Shown: positions 20,120-29,818 of the stretch, piece by piece
Layout of the letters: every line of letters starts with the position of its first letter
How positions within the stretch are numbered: the stretch's first letter is position 1
Assembly: GCA_965206845.1 (NCBI GenBank)
Contig: OZ242221.1
Location: 224,001 to 288,000 of the forward strand
Reading direction: 5' to 3'
DNA from: Cenarchaeum sp.
Lineage (GTDB): Archaea; Thermoproteota; Nitrososphaeria; Nitrososphaerales; Nitrosopumilaceae
DNA: 64,000 nt
Notes under the pieces: model-generated
Databases searched by the model: none
Told to the model about the DNA's origin: nothing
Seen by the model: the letters and a program-made list of their open reading frames with translations, nothing else
Translations under genes and position numbers: made by a program

Positions 20120-20398
20120 CTGACTCGCAGTTGGCTAGCTCGGGGCAGCCCGGCTCTTCTCAAAACTCTGGTTCACCCCGGCAGATCATTCGTCGGGCAT
20201 CCGGCTCTTTTGCGTTATCGGGATCTGCTTGTTTTCCATGCCGGACTGCGTGAGGCAAGGGTTCGCATACAGTACGCCGGCGTGAGAAGACACCGTTCTC
20301 GCACCCTTGGGCACGGGCTAGGAGGCAACAGCCACCTCTCCTGCCAACGGGGTGCGGCGGCAGCAGACCCCACATTGGGCACCAATCTGCCCAGTCAG
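20120..20398. ncRNA. Candidate structured RNA of unknown class
   Basis: Nested helices and a potential pseudoknot found by eye (see findings); no SRP or RNase P signature. Confidence 0.3.
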
Positions 20399-20451
20399 AA
20401 AGGACACCCAATTTTGACAACAATAAAAAACAGCAAAAACCAAGGTTCCAT

Positions 20452-20736
20452 ATGATAGAGCGGGAACAGCTGTCTCAGATTCTGCAGTTTGTGTCAAGAC
20501 GGTGGGCAGACATCGCAGTAGACCAGGACAACAAGGCCATGAAGACGCTGCCAAGCGACTTTTGGATGAACTCTGTCGGAGGGCGGGCAGGAAAGGGCAG
20601 GTGGGTCACCATGCTGATGTACACCGAGAGCCAGGAGGACGCGGATGCGTTCCGGGAGGTACTGCTCCGCTGGCAGACGAAGGGCATGCAGAAGAAGGAT
20701 GCGCCGGATCTGATTCAGATTGGAAGGGGCAAATAG
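20452..20736 (+). CDS. Hypothetical protein
   Basis: Clean 94-aa ORF overlapping the thyX start region. Confidence 0.75.
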   Translation: MIEREQLSQILQFVSRRWADIAVDQDNKAMKTLPSDFWMNSVGGRAGKGRWVTMLMYTESQEDADAFREVLLRWQTKGMQKKDAPDLIQIGRGK

Positions 20737-22423
20737 TACGCCTCCGGCATCCGGGGAATTCTCGGATAGTGAGAGGACATTACTGGAAGGGCACTTCTCC
20801 AATCTGGACAAGCCGGTATTTGCGATAACCACGCCGCGACAGGTCGACCGCGGGGCGCTCATGTCAAGGTACAGCAGAACCAGCAAGAGCATGCGCCGCG
20901 TATTTCTAGACGAGTTTGCGCACAACGAGAGCCGCGGCGAGGAGTTCTACCGGCGGGTCCTGACAGAGTATGGCGACGACTCGGTGGCGGAGCTTGGGGA
21001 AGCGCAGATTGCAATCGAGGGTCTCTCAAACATAGCGGTAAAGAAGATCGAAGACAGGAGAATCGGGCTGTCCTTTCTGGAAAAGTCCTCGCGGTACGTT
21101 GACTGGAGCCGCAAGTCGGGCGGACAGTACCTGTTCTACCGCGAACCGACAATAATGGAATCGAGGTTTGCCGACGAATACCTGAACGCATGCAACCTGG
21201 CCTTTGATGTGTACTCGAGAAGCATAAGCCCCATGGTAGGATACCTTGAGGAGATACGGCCCATCTCCGGATACGCCTTCACGGACTCGTCTGACGGCAC
21301 GCAGAAGCTGTACCCGCACCTATGCGGCAGCTCGGACATCGAGTCGGCCAAGAAGATCTACAAGAGATCCGTCAAAGCCACCGCACTGGACATGCTGAGG
21401 GGCCTGCTTCCCGCATCCACCCTGACAAACGTGGGAATTACGGGAAACGGCAGGGCCTTTGAGTACCTGCTGACGATTCTGTACAGCTCCGAGCTGAAAG
21501 AGGAGCAAGACCTGGCAGAGTCGATAAAGCTTGAGCTTGACACCGTCATCAGATCCTTTGTAAGGCGCTCAAACAACAAGCACGGACAGGAACTCCAAGA
21601 ATACCTTCGGGCAGTCAGGGACACAGCAGGCCAGATCTCAAAGGCACACCTCGCCGGGGTGGGTGCAAGGGAAGGATACCGGACAGATCTCTGCTGGCAT
21701 GACCCGGAGGATGTTGCAATGAACAGGGTTATTGCCGCCCTGATGTATGAGCAGTCGCCAGGCGTCACCTACGATGACATCTACAGGCATGCAGGCGCGA
21801 TGACACGCGAGAAGAAGGCGGGCATCATCGAGTCACTTGCCGGCCTCAGGAAGAACAGGCGGCACCGGCCACCGCGCGCCTTTGAGATGACAGGATACAC
21901 CTTTGATCTCATCAACAACTTTGGAATGTTCAGGGACATGCACCGGCACCGGGTTCTGACCCTGGAGCGGCAGCTGCTTACCGCGGATCACGGGTATGCT
22001 GTGCGTCCAGAGGTAGAGGGGGCAGGAATCCGGAAGGAGTTTGAGGAATGCATGGAGGCGACAGCAGAGGTCTTTGGGAAGATCAGGGCAGAGCATCCAC
22101 ACCAGGCACAGTACGTGGTAAACTTTGCGCACAACTACCCGTACTTTGTGCACCTGAACCTGAGGGAGGCAGTACACCTGATCGAACTCAGGACAACCAT
22201 CCAGGGACATCCGGACTACCGGTGGGTCGCCCATCACATGCATAGCAGGATAAAGGATGCCCACCCCGTTCTAAGCAGGATAATCCGGTTTGCAGACACG
22301 CGGGAGATTGATCTTGCGAGGTTTGAGGCTGAAAAAAAGATCGAAAGAGGGCGCGCGGCCGGCAGGGATGCCGCTGGCAGGCATGGCTCCGAGGACGGCG
22401 GCGCAGGCAAAGAAAGAGTATAA
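20720..22423 (+). CDS. thyX: FAD-dependent thymidylate synthase (double Thy1 domain); exact start uncertain
   Basis: [59 protein letters not shown]. Confidence 0.93.
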   Translation: MEGANSTPPASGEFSDSERTLLEGHFSNLDKPVFAITTPRQVDRGALMSRYSRTSKSMRRVFLDEFAHNESRGEEFYRRVLTEYGDDSVAELGEAQIAIEGLSNIAVKKIEDRRIGLSFLEKSSRYVDWSRKSGGQYLFYREPTIMESRFADEYLNACNLAFDVYSRSISPMVGYLEEIRPISGYAFTDSSDGTQKLYPHLCGSSDIESAKKIYKRSVKATALDMLRGLLPASTLTNVGITGNGRAFEYLLTILYSSELKEEQDLAESIKLELDTVIRSFVRRSNNKHGQELQEYLRAVRDTAGQISKAHLAGVGAREGYRTDLCWHDPEDVAMNRVIAALMYEQSPGVTYDDIYRHAGAMTREKKAGIIESLAGLRKNRRHRPPRAFEMTGYTFDLINNFGMFRDMHRHRVLTLERQLLTADHGYAVRPEVEGAGIRKEFEECMEATAEVFGKIRAEHPHQAQYVVNFAHNYPYFVHLNLREAVHLIELRTTIQGHPDYRWVAHHMHSRIKDAHPVLSRIIRFADTREIDLARFEAEKKIERGRAAGRDAAGRHGSEDGGAGKERV

Positions 22424-22447
22424 TATGATCCCAGGTATCTCCACCAC

Positions 22448-22840
22448 ATGAAAGAGGACGAGCTTGGGGAGCTCCAGAAGAAGCTGACCGCGGAGGAGTA
22501 TGCGGTATGCTTTAAGAAGGGGACGGAGCCACCGTTCTCCGGCAGGTACCACGACTGCAAGGACGCAGGGATATACAGGTGCGTCTGCTGCGGTGAGAGG
22601 CTCTTCGATTCTGATACAAAGTTTGACTCCGGGACGGGCTGGCCCAGCTTCTGGCAGCCCGCGTCAGAGGACAGGGTGTCATGCGAGTCCGATTCCAGCT
22701 TTGGCATGATAAGAACCGAGGCCAACTGCAAGAGGTGCGGCGCCCACCTGGGGCATGTCTTTGATGACGGCCCGCGTCCCACCGGCCTGCGATACTGCAT
22801 CAACTCCGCCTCACTCAAGCTGGAAAGAAAGCAGGAATAG
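22448..22840 (+). CDS. msrB: Peptide-methionine (R)-S-oxide reductase
   Basis: [35 protein letters not shown]. Confidence 0.98.
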   Translation: MKEDELGELQKKLTAEEYAVCFKKGTEPPFSGRYHDCKDAGIYRCVCCGERLFDSDTKFDSGTGWPSFWQPASEDRVSCESDSSFGMIRTEANCKRCGAHLGHVFDDGPRPTGLRYCINSASLKLERKQE

Positions 22841-22891
22841 CGTCAGTGGTAACTTGACTTATTTAGCGCATACAGGATGGACTTTTAGCAC

Positions 22892-23902
22892 ATGCGAATA
22901 ATACTCTGCGGCTTTGGCGTGGTGGGCCAGAGCCTGATCAAACTCTTTGAATCCAGGTACAACAACCTCTACGCGGAATACGGCCTGAAGCCCAGAATCG
23001 TCGGAGTCCTGGACAGCCGGGGCAGCGCAGTGGAGCAGTCCGGGCTTGACCTCAGGAGACTGACAGACATCAAGAGAAGGTACGGCACGGTGGGAAAGTA
23101 CTCTGATCACTCAAACGATCTCTCCGGGCCCGAGATGATCCGGAGCCTTGATGCTGATGTGCTCATCGAGTCGGCAGTGAGCAACTACAACGACGCGGAG
23201 CCGGGAACGTCGCACATCGTCTGCGCCATGGGGGAGGGAATGCATGTGGTGTCGGTGAACAAGGGTCCCCTTGCGCTGTCGTTCCCGTCGCTGATGGAGC
23301 TGGCAGTGTACAACAGCGTGATGCTGCGGTTCAGCGGTACGGTGGGCGGCGGAACCCCCATCCTTGACTATGCAAAGAACAGCCTTCGGGGGGAGAAGAT
23401 CATCTCGTTTACGGGAATCCTCAACGGCACCACGAACTACATCCTGACAAGCATGGCAGGCGGCATGACCTTTGAGGACGCGCTAGCAGACGCCAGGGGG
23501 AGGGGGTACGTGGAGGCCGACGAGTCGCTGGACCTGGACGGCCTTGATGCGGCTGCCAAGCTCGTGATCCTTGCCAACTGGGTAATGGACATGAAGGTCA
23601 CCCTGCCGGACGTGAACCGCACGGGAATCCGGGACGTCACCGCCCAGGACGTCAAGGCGGCCCGGGACAGGAACCGCGCCATAAAGCTGGTTGCGTCGTG
23701 CGACGGGGGGCTGACAGTGGAGCCCAGGGAGGTCTCCGTGGATGACCCACTGTGCGTCAACGGCACCCTGAACGCAATCTCGTTTACCTCAGAGCACTCC
23801 GGAACCCAGACCATAATAGGGCGCGGCGCCGGCGGCATGGAGACTGCCAGCGCCATACTGCGCGACCTTTTGGAGATCAAAAAAGAGATGTCAGTCGATT
23901 GA
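22892..23902 (+). CDS. hom: Homoserine dehydrogenase
   Basis: GFGVVG, NKGPLA, TVGGGTP, GILNGTTNYIL, GRGAGGMETASA. Confidence 0.97.
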   Translation: MRIILCGFGVVGQSLIKLFESRYNNLYAEYGLKPRIVGVLDSRGSAVEQSGLDLRRLTDIKRRYGTVGKYSDHSNDLSGPEMIRSLDADVLIESAVSNYNDAEPGTSHIVCAMGEGMHVVSVNKGPLALSFPSLMELAVYNSVMLRFSGTVGGGTPILDYAKNSLRGEKIISFTGILNGTTNYILTSMAGGMTFEDALADARGRGYVEADESLDLDGLDAAAKLVILANWVMDMKVTLPDVNRTGIRDVTAQDVKAARDRNRAIKLVASCDGGLTVEPREVSVDDPLCVNGTLNAISFTSEHSGTQTIIGRGAGGMETASAILRDLLEIKKEMSVD

Positions 23903-24375
23903 AGTCCAACCTGATATCAAAGAACGAGACCGCCGACACGCTCCGGGAGATATCCGAGCAGTGGGGCTTCGAGGTGCCGCGATCAAAAAACCTCCGGGTG
24001 CACCACCTGGAGGACGGCGTCCTCCTTATAGAGAGCCCCCAGCTGAAGGCGCTGAAGATAGACGGCTCAATGATCCCGTTTCTGACGGGAACCGACATTC
24101 TTGCCAAGTTCCCCCATGCGGTGGTGGACATGGGAGCGGTAAAGTTCATGTGCAACGGGGCCAACGTGATGAGGCCCGGGATCGTGGAGTACTCGGAGTT
24201 CTCCAAGGGCGATATCGTGTGCATAGTGGAGGAGTCCCAGCGCAAGCCCCTAGCGGTGGGCAGGGCCGTTGCAGACAGCTCCGAGCTGGAAGGGACGAAG
24301 AGGGGCGAGGTGGTGAAGAACCTGCACTACGTATCGGACCGGTTCTGGGAGACCGCAAAGACCATCTTCAAATAA
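23899..24375 (+). CDS. PUA-domain RNA-binding protein
   Basis: TTG start overlapping the hom stop; VVDMGAVKFMCNGANVMRPGI. Confidence 0.92.
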   Translation: MKSNLISKNETADTLREISEQWGFEVPRSKNLRVHHLEDGVLLIESPQLKALKIDGSMIPFLTGTDILAKFPHAVVDMGAVKFMCNGANVMRPGIVEYSEFSKGDIVCIVEESQRKPLAVGRAVADSSELEGTKRGEVVKNLHYVSDRFWETAKTIFK

Positions 24376-24586
24376 CACGCGCAAGCTCAGTGCCCGCACC
24401 CAAACGGCACATTAGGCTGCCGGCGCATGCGCCATGGCACCCGCAGGCTCCCAGCCCTCCGGGCCAGAAGCCATTCCGGACAGCCCGTCTGCGATACAGC
24501 CCGGTTTGGCGCCCGCACACGTATCCGCCGGCAGGCTGGCGCCGCTGGAAATGGTTTGGCGCAAAGATGGAATGTGGCTAAGGCAG

Positions 24587-25198
24587 CTAGACAGGCACTG
24601 CCTCTGCTGCAGGTTCCCGGATGCCGTCCGAGTCAATTATCATAACGTCGATCCCGTCACCGGTAAACGAGTCGCGCATTGTGGCGGAGCGAATTGCTCT
24701 TGTTGCCAGATCCACTGCTTCCTGCTCGGTCATATCTTTCTTGAACTGCGGATCCAAGACCCCCAGGGCTATCTCCGCTCCTGTTCCCACCGCCGCATAC
24801 TCGTCGGGGAGAACAGAGCCCAGCGGATCCAGGGTATATATCGTTGGCTCGTCGACCACTCCCCCCACAATCATCTGTGTCAGGAACGGGAAGAACCTCC
24901 TCTCATACATGGTACCAGAGATCATCTTTGCAATCGAGTTTGTAGGTATCTCGCGCTTGAGCTCCATCCTGCGGATTCTGGCCAGCGCGGCTATCTGCAG
25001 CGTCAAAAGCTGCATGTCTGCAACCAGCCCGGCACATGCAACTGCCACGTTTGGCGTAATCTGAAACGTCTTGCGGATATTCTTGCTTACCAGAAAGTTT
25101 CCGTAGGCGATCCTCTTGTCGCTGGCAAGCACCACGCCTCTCTGAAATGTGATGCCAACAGCAGTCGCCCCTGGCATGTACATATGGGACACAACCAT
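24587..25198 (-). CDS. psmB: Proteasome subunit beta
   Basis: GATAVGI, LASDKR, AGLVAD, DPLGS, GTGAEIALG, RDSFTGDG; start placed at the nearest plausible Met. Confidence 0.95.
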   Translation of the reverse strand: MVVSHMYMPGATAVGITFQRGVVLASDKRIAYGNFLVSKNIRKTFQITPNVAVACAGLVADMQLLTLQIAALARIRRMELKREIPTNSIAKMISGTMYERRFFPFLTQMIVGGVVDEPTIYTLDPLGSVLPDEYAAVGTGAEIALGVLDPQFKKDMTEQEAVDLATRAIRSATMRDSFTGDGIDVMIIDSDGIREPAAEAVPV

Positions 25199-25238
25199 TC
25201 TGCCCTGCACGATAATAAAGGGCTTTCTACAGGACTGC

Positions 25239-26639
25239 TCACGCCTGGCCCGGCGCGACAGGCGTCCCCGTGCGGGGCTTGCCGAACCTGTCCATGACAA
25301 GGCAGATGCACCGGGTGGCCTTTTGCAGCAGGCTCAGCCGGGCAAACTCGTTTGGGGAGTGAATCCTTGAGAATATGTGGGTGCAGCCCACCGACACGCA
25401 GGGGGCCCCTAGCGCGCTGGCAAACTGGTGCATCGGACCGGTTCCAGGGTTTGATATGCTCAGCACCGCATCCCCAAAGGACTCCCGGGCTGCCGACTCG
25501 ACCTGGCCCACAAACTCGTGGGACGGGTCGGTTCTGGACGCGGCCTCTGCGCTCAACACCCTTACCCGTATGTCCCCAAACCCGCCGGACCTGAGATGCT
25601 CCCGCAGCCTTGCGAGCTGCGTCTTGGGATCCATGTCCGGAACCAGCCTAAAGTCCAGCTTTGCCGTGGCGCCGGCCGGGAGCACTGTCTTGGCTCCGGG
25701 GCCCGCATACCCGGAATGGAACCCAGCTATATTGCAGGTGGTGCCGCAAGCCAGGGCGACCTTTGCGTCCAGGCCCTGCCTTCCCGCAAGAAAGCCGTCG
25801 ACGCCAAACTCCTCCTTGAACGAGTCGCCGTCAAACGGCTCCCTCTCCAGCAGCCGGAGATCCGTCTCCGAGAGGGGCCGGGCCTCCTTGTGCCAGTCTG
25901 CGATGAGGATCTTCCCGTCAGGATCCCGCATGCTGTTTAGCGCCTGCACCAGCCGCCACGCGGGGTTCCTTATCAGGACAGCAAGGCTGGAGTGGGCGTC
26001 CCTGATCGACTCTGTCTTTGACAGCTCGACATAAAGCAGGCCCTTCATGCCCAGCGATATGATGGGGCGGTCCCGGGCATCCACGAACCCGAACTCCCAG
26101 ATCACGCCGTCGCAGGCGAGCCTGCTCCTGTACCTGTCCAGGTACCGCATTATGCTGGCGCTTCCGGTCTCCTCCTCCCCCTCAACCACAAACTTGATGT
26201 TGCACGGCACGTCGCCGCAGGCCTGCAGGTACGACTCCACCGCCTTGATCCGGGTGACAAGCTCCCCCTTGTCGTCAGACGCCCCCCTGCCAAAGATCTT
26301 GTCACCGATCACCCTGCCGCTGAAGGGTGGATCCTGCCACAGATCCAGTGGCTCTGGCGACTGGACGTCATAATGGTTGTAGAACAGAAGCGTCCTGTCC
26401 GGGTTGATGCCGGAGCGCACTTCGCCGCAGACCAACGGCGGAGCCCCGTCCAGCCGGAGTACCTCCGTATGGATTCCGGCCTCCTCCATGACCTCGCCCA
26501 CCAGTGCGGCGCACTCGTCTATCCCCTCACCCGTTGCAGACACGCTGGGCTGCCTTATCAGGGTCTGCAGACAGTCAAGCAGGCCAGGCTGCGCAGCGTC
26601 CGCACGCTTGAGCGCGTCATCCCTATTCAATCCTGTCAA
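25239..26639 (-). CDS. M20/M25/M40 metallo-hydrolase
   Basis: YNHYDVQ, GRGASDDKG, EGEEETGS, IHSPNE. Confidence 0.95.
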   Translation of the reverse strand: MTGLNRDDALKRADAAQPGLLDCLQTLIRQPSVSATGEGIDECAALVGEVMEEAGIHTEVLRLDGAPPLVCGEVRSGINPDRTLLFYNHYDVQSPEPLDLWQDPPFSGRVIGDKIFGRGASDDKGELVTRIKAVESYLQACGDVPCNIKFVVEGEEETGSASIMRYLDRYRSRLACDGVIWEFGFVDARDRPIISLGMKGLLYVELSKTESIRDAHSSLAVLIRNPAWRLVQALNSMRDPDGKILIADWHKEARPLSETDLRLLEREPFDGDSFKEEFGVDGFLAGRQGLDAKVALACGTTCNIAGFHSGYAGPGAKTVLPAGATAKLDFRLVPDMDPKTQLARLREHLRSGGFGDIRVRVLSAEAASRTDPSHEFVGQVESAARESFGDAVLSISNPGTGPMHQFASALGAPCVSVGCTHIFSRIHSPNEFARLSLLQKATRCICLVMDRFGKPRTGTPVAPGQA

Positions 26640-27486
26640 ACTGCTTCATCACTCCCGGCAGCTCGCCTATCAGATCTGTTGCAGTAATGTGGAGCCCCAG
26701 CCTATCCTGCGCCCGCTGCCCCGCCGTGCCGTTTATGTAAGCAGCCGCTGCGGCAGACTCGCCTGCATTCCGGTTCCTTGCCAGCAGCCCTGCTACCAGG
26801 CCGGACAGGACGTCGCCCGTACCGCCCACCGTCATGGCAGGCACGCGCTTGGCAAAGGTGTAGGAGCTCTTGCTGTCGCATATCACATCGGTTGGGCCCT
26901 TGAGCAGAATCGTGACGCCGTGCTCCTCTGCGCGTCCGCGCACGAGCCGGACTCGCGCCTCCAGATCGTCAGGTGGGGACTCGCCGAACAGCCGTGCAAA
27001 CTCCCCCGCATGGGGGGTCAGCACCACGTTTCTGTCGGCAAGGAGCGGAAGCACCTCCCTTACCAGGGCGGATGCGTCAAGCGAGAGCCTGACGTCCCGG
27101 TCAAGCAGGGAGCCGACCAGTATCTTCAGCGCCGCCCTGTCGGCTACCGCAAGCCCCATGCCGATTGTCGCCGAGTCCAGGTCCTTTGGGACCACCCCCA
27201 GAAGCTTTCTGACAGCCCCCCTAGTCAGCTTTTGATCCGCCAGGGGCAGGACGATCAGATCGGGAGATATGGCGCGCACCGGCACGACGTTTACGCTTGG
27301 GACTGCGGTGTACACAAGATCAGCCCCCGCCCGCAGTGCCGCCATGGACGAGAGGGTCGGGGCTCCGTGGTATATGTAGCTGCCCCCCACTACCAGCACC
27401 CTGCCGTTTCCTCCCTTGCGCGAGGTGGCGCTGCGTGGCAGGACAAAGCCACCGACCAGTCCGGCTTCAACACTCTGAGATGACAT
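26623..27486 (-). CDS. nnrD: ADP-dependent NAD(P)H-hydrate dehydratase
   Basis: KGGNGRVLVVGGS, LTPHAGEF, GGTGDVLSG. Confidence 0.93.
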   Translation of the reverse strand: MSSQSVEAGLVGGFVLPRSATSRKGGNGRVLVVGGSYIYHGAPTLSSMAALRAGADLVYTAVPSVNVVPVRAISPDLIVLPLADQKLTRGAVRKLLGVVPKDLDSATIGMGLAVADRAALKILVGSLLDRDVRLSLDASALVREVLPLLADRNVVLTPHAGEFARLFGESPPDDLEARVRLVRGRAEEHGVTILLKGPTDVICDSKSSYTFAKRVPAMTVGGTGDVLSGLVAGLLARNRNAGESAAAAAYINGTAGQRAQDRLGLHITATDLIGELPGVMKQFDRIE

Positions 27487-27545
27487 GCACTGGTTCTAGT
27501 ATGGTGCAGAATAAAACTTGTTTTGTCCGGCGGCTCGATCCCGGC

Positions 27546-28334
27546 CTACTCTGGCACGCCAAAGAACGCCTTTCGGGCATAGCACAGGTATGTCGTGTGG
27601 CCGATTGCCTGAAACGAGTGCCTTGTCTTGCCGTCCCTGGCCTCGATGGTTCGCTGTATGTTCTCCACGCACTCGATGTCGGTAAACTCGTTCTCCCGAA
27701 GGGCCGCAGTCAGCCTCTCCAGCTGGTTCATCGTCGGGCAGACTGCGACCACGCCGCCGCCGCCCTTGAGCATTCTCCGCACCTGCGGAAGGGCGGTCCA
27801 GGGATCCCCTATGTCTATCAGGGCCACGTCTGCACCCACAACCGGGGGCTCGTCGGCATCCCGGACATCCTCGTTTGCCATCACAACGTACTTGAGCATT
27901 CCCGCCCTCTCGATGTTCTTCCGCGCTATCTTCATAAAATCGCCGTTGACATCAAACGTGTATACGCGCCCCCGGGGCGATACGACCCCGGCCACGGCAG
28001 CCGAAAGGGCCCCGCTGCCGGTGCCGATCTCCACAACCTTCTGCCCCGTGCGCAGGCCGGTCCGGGCTATGATGTACCCGATATCCTTTGGGTATACGAT
28101 CTGGGTGCCGTGCTGGATCTTCATCGTATAGTCATACGCCGTGGGCTCCAGCAGATAGACGTACTTGTCCTTGTTTGTCATTATGCGGCTTCCAAACTCC
28201 TGGCCTATGGCATCGTTGTGCCTGATCACCCCCAGGTGGGTGTGCAGCTGCTCGTTCTTGGAGAGCCTGACAAGCCACTTCTTCGAGTTGTTATAAAAGA
28301 ACAGGACGTCGGAGTTTCTCTTGATCCTTGCCAT
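27546..28334 (-). CDS. trmI: tRNA (adenine-N1)-methyltransferase
   Basis: TQIVYPKD, VEIGTGSGAL, HTTYL. Confidence 0.93.
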   Translation of the reverse strand: MARIKRNSDVLFFYNNSKKWLVRLSKNEQLHTHLGVIRHNDAIGQEFGSRIMTNKDKYVYLLEPTAYDYTMKIQHGTQIVYPKDIGYIIARTGLRTGQKVVEIGTGSGALSAAVAGVVSPRGRVYTFDVNGDFMKIARKNIERAGMLKYVVMANEDVRDADEPPVVGADVALIDIGDPWTALPQVRRMLKGGGGVVAVCPTMNQLERLTAALRENEFTDIECVENIQRTIEARDGKTRHSFQAIGHTTYLCYARKAFFGVPE

Positions 28335-28525
28335 GTGTATGGCCCGTACGGTTTGGATAATAACCTAGTGCCCGCGCATGCAGACATCTGGGGTGCTCTG
28401 CGCAGTCCCGTTCGGGCACGCTCCTGGAGCCTGCCTCTACGGTGCGGCCCTACACCGCACGGAGTCAGGGATTCCGCCCCGATACGCGCACCATGACAAA
28501 CCTCCGTTGCCTGGCTCGATGCAGC

Positions 28526-29814
28526 GCATGCCCCGGCGCAGCACAAAGTACATTTTATGTGAACCAAACTCAGGCAGGTGTGAACCTGCGGGTCCCGGCA
28601 TACTGTTCGCAAGCGCGGCAGTGGGAACGTCCCGCCTGATCCAGTCCACCCGCGCCGGGGCCGAGTTCGGCCTGATAGTCCTGGCACTCGTGGTTGCGGT
28701 TCTTGTCCTCAGGTACCCGTTCTTCGAGTACGGGCTGCGCTACGCCAGCGCAACAGGCACCAGCCTCGTCGACGGATACAGGAGGCTTGGCAGGGCAAGC
28801 TTCTGGCTGTTCTTTGCGACCACCCTGGCAGCGATGTTCTTCGTTACGGGCGCCGTGATGTTCGTGACGGCCGGGTTCTTTGCCAACCTCTTTCAGATCG
28901 GGCACTCACAGGAGCTGGTCACAGTGGTGCTGTTTGCCGTATGCGTCTTGATTCTGGTCATCGGCAGGTACAGCGCGCTGGACTGGGTCATCAAGGCAGT
29001 AGCCATCATAATGGTGGTTGCCACGGCAGCGGCGTTTCTTGTCTCCGTGTGGAACGGACCTGTGGAGCCCATGGAAGGGTTTGCGCCCCGCAGCCTGTTG
29101 GATGATGCAGGCATCTTCTTTCTTCTGGCCCTGCTGGGCTTCATGCCCGCTCCCATCGATGCCTCAACGTGGACCAGCCTGTGGTCGCTAGAGAGAATCA
29201 AGCAGTCGGGGTACCGTCCAAGACTGAAGGAGTCGATCTCCGAGTTCAAGTTTGGGTATGTGGTAACGGGCCTGCTTGCAACAATGTTTGTGGTTCTGGG
29301 CACCAACCTCTTCTTTGGATCCGGAGAGGCGCTGTCAGACGACGGCGCCGGCTTTGCGCACCAGGTGGTCACGCTGTACACCAGCGCCATCGGCCAGTGG
29401 AGCTACCCGGTGGTCGCCGCATCGGCGTTTACGGTCATGTTTGGCACGGTCATGACCGCCCTGGACGGGTACACCAGATCCCTCAAAAGGGCAGCAGACC
29501 TGATGATTCCAGGGACTGTCGCTGCGCGCTTCAGGGGAAATCTCATGAACTCCACCATACTCGTGGCCCTGGCGGTGGGCTCGCTGGTTGTGATATTGCA
29601 GTTCGGCAGCAGCCTGCGGGAGCTGGTGGACTTTGCCACGGTGCTCAGCTTTGTCGTCTTTCCCGTAATGGCGTACTTTAACCTGAGGCTGATGGGCAGC
29701 AAGTACATTGCCAAGGAGTCACAGCCGTCGGCAGGCATCAGGATTCTCAGCTATGCCGGAATGATCTTTCTGGTGGGACTTACTGCGATCTTCCTGTTCT
29801 TCAGGTTCACCTGA
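28526..29814 (+). CDS. NRAMP-like / APC-superfamily transporter; start uncertain
   Basis: GPGILFASAAVGTSRLIQSTRAGA, GFMPAPID; ~11 TM segments. Confidence 0.85.
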
Positions 29815-29818
29815 GCGG

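Noticed and set aside
20120-20398. SRP RNA, RNase P RNA or canonical HDV ribozyme
   Set aside because: No CAGG-NNN-GGAA-NNN-AGCA helix 8, no GAGGAAAGUCC-type P4 motif, and no HDV P3/P1.1
17120-22423. Functional link between the DHFR-like gene and thyX
   Set aside because: ThyX does not produce dihydrofolate; the DHFR-like gene is RibD-C type, AT-rich and in the accessory block
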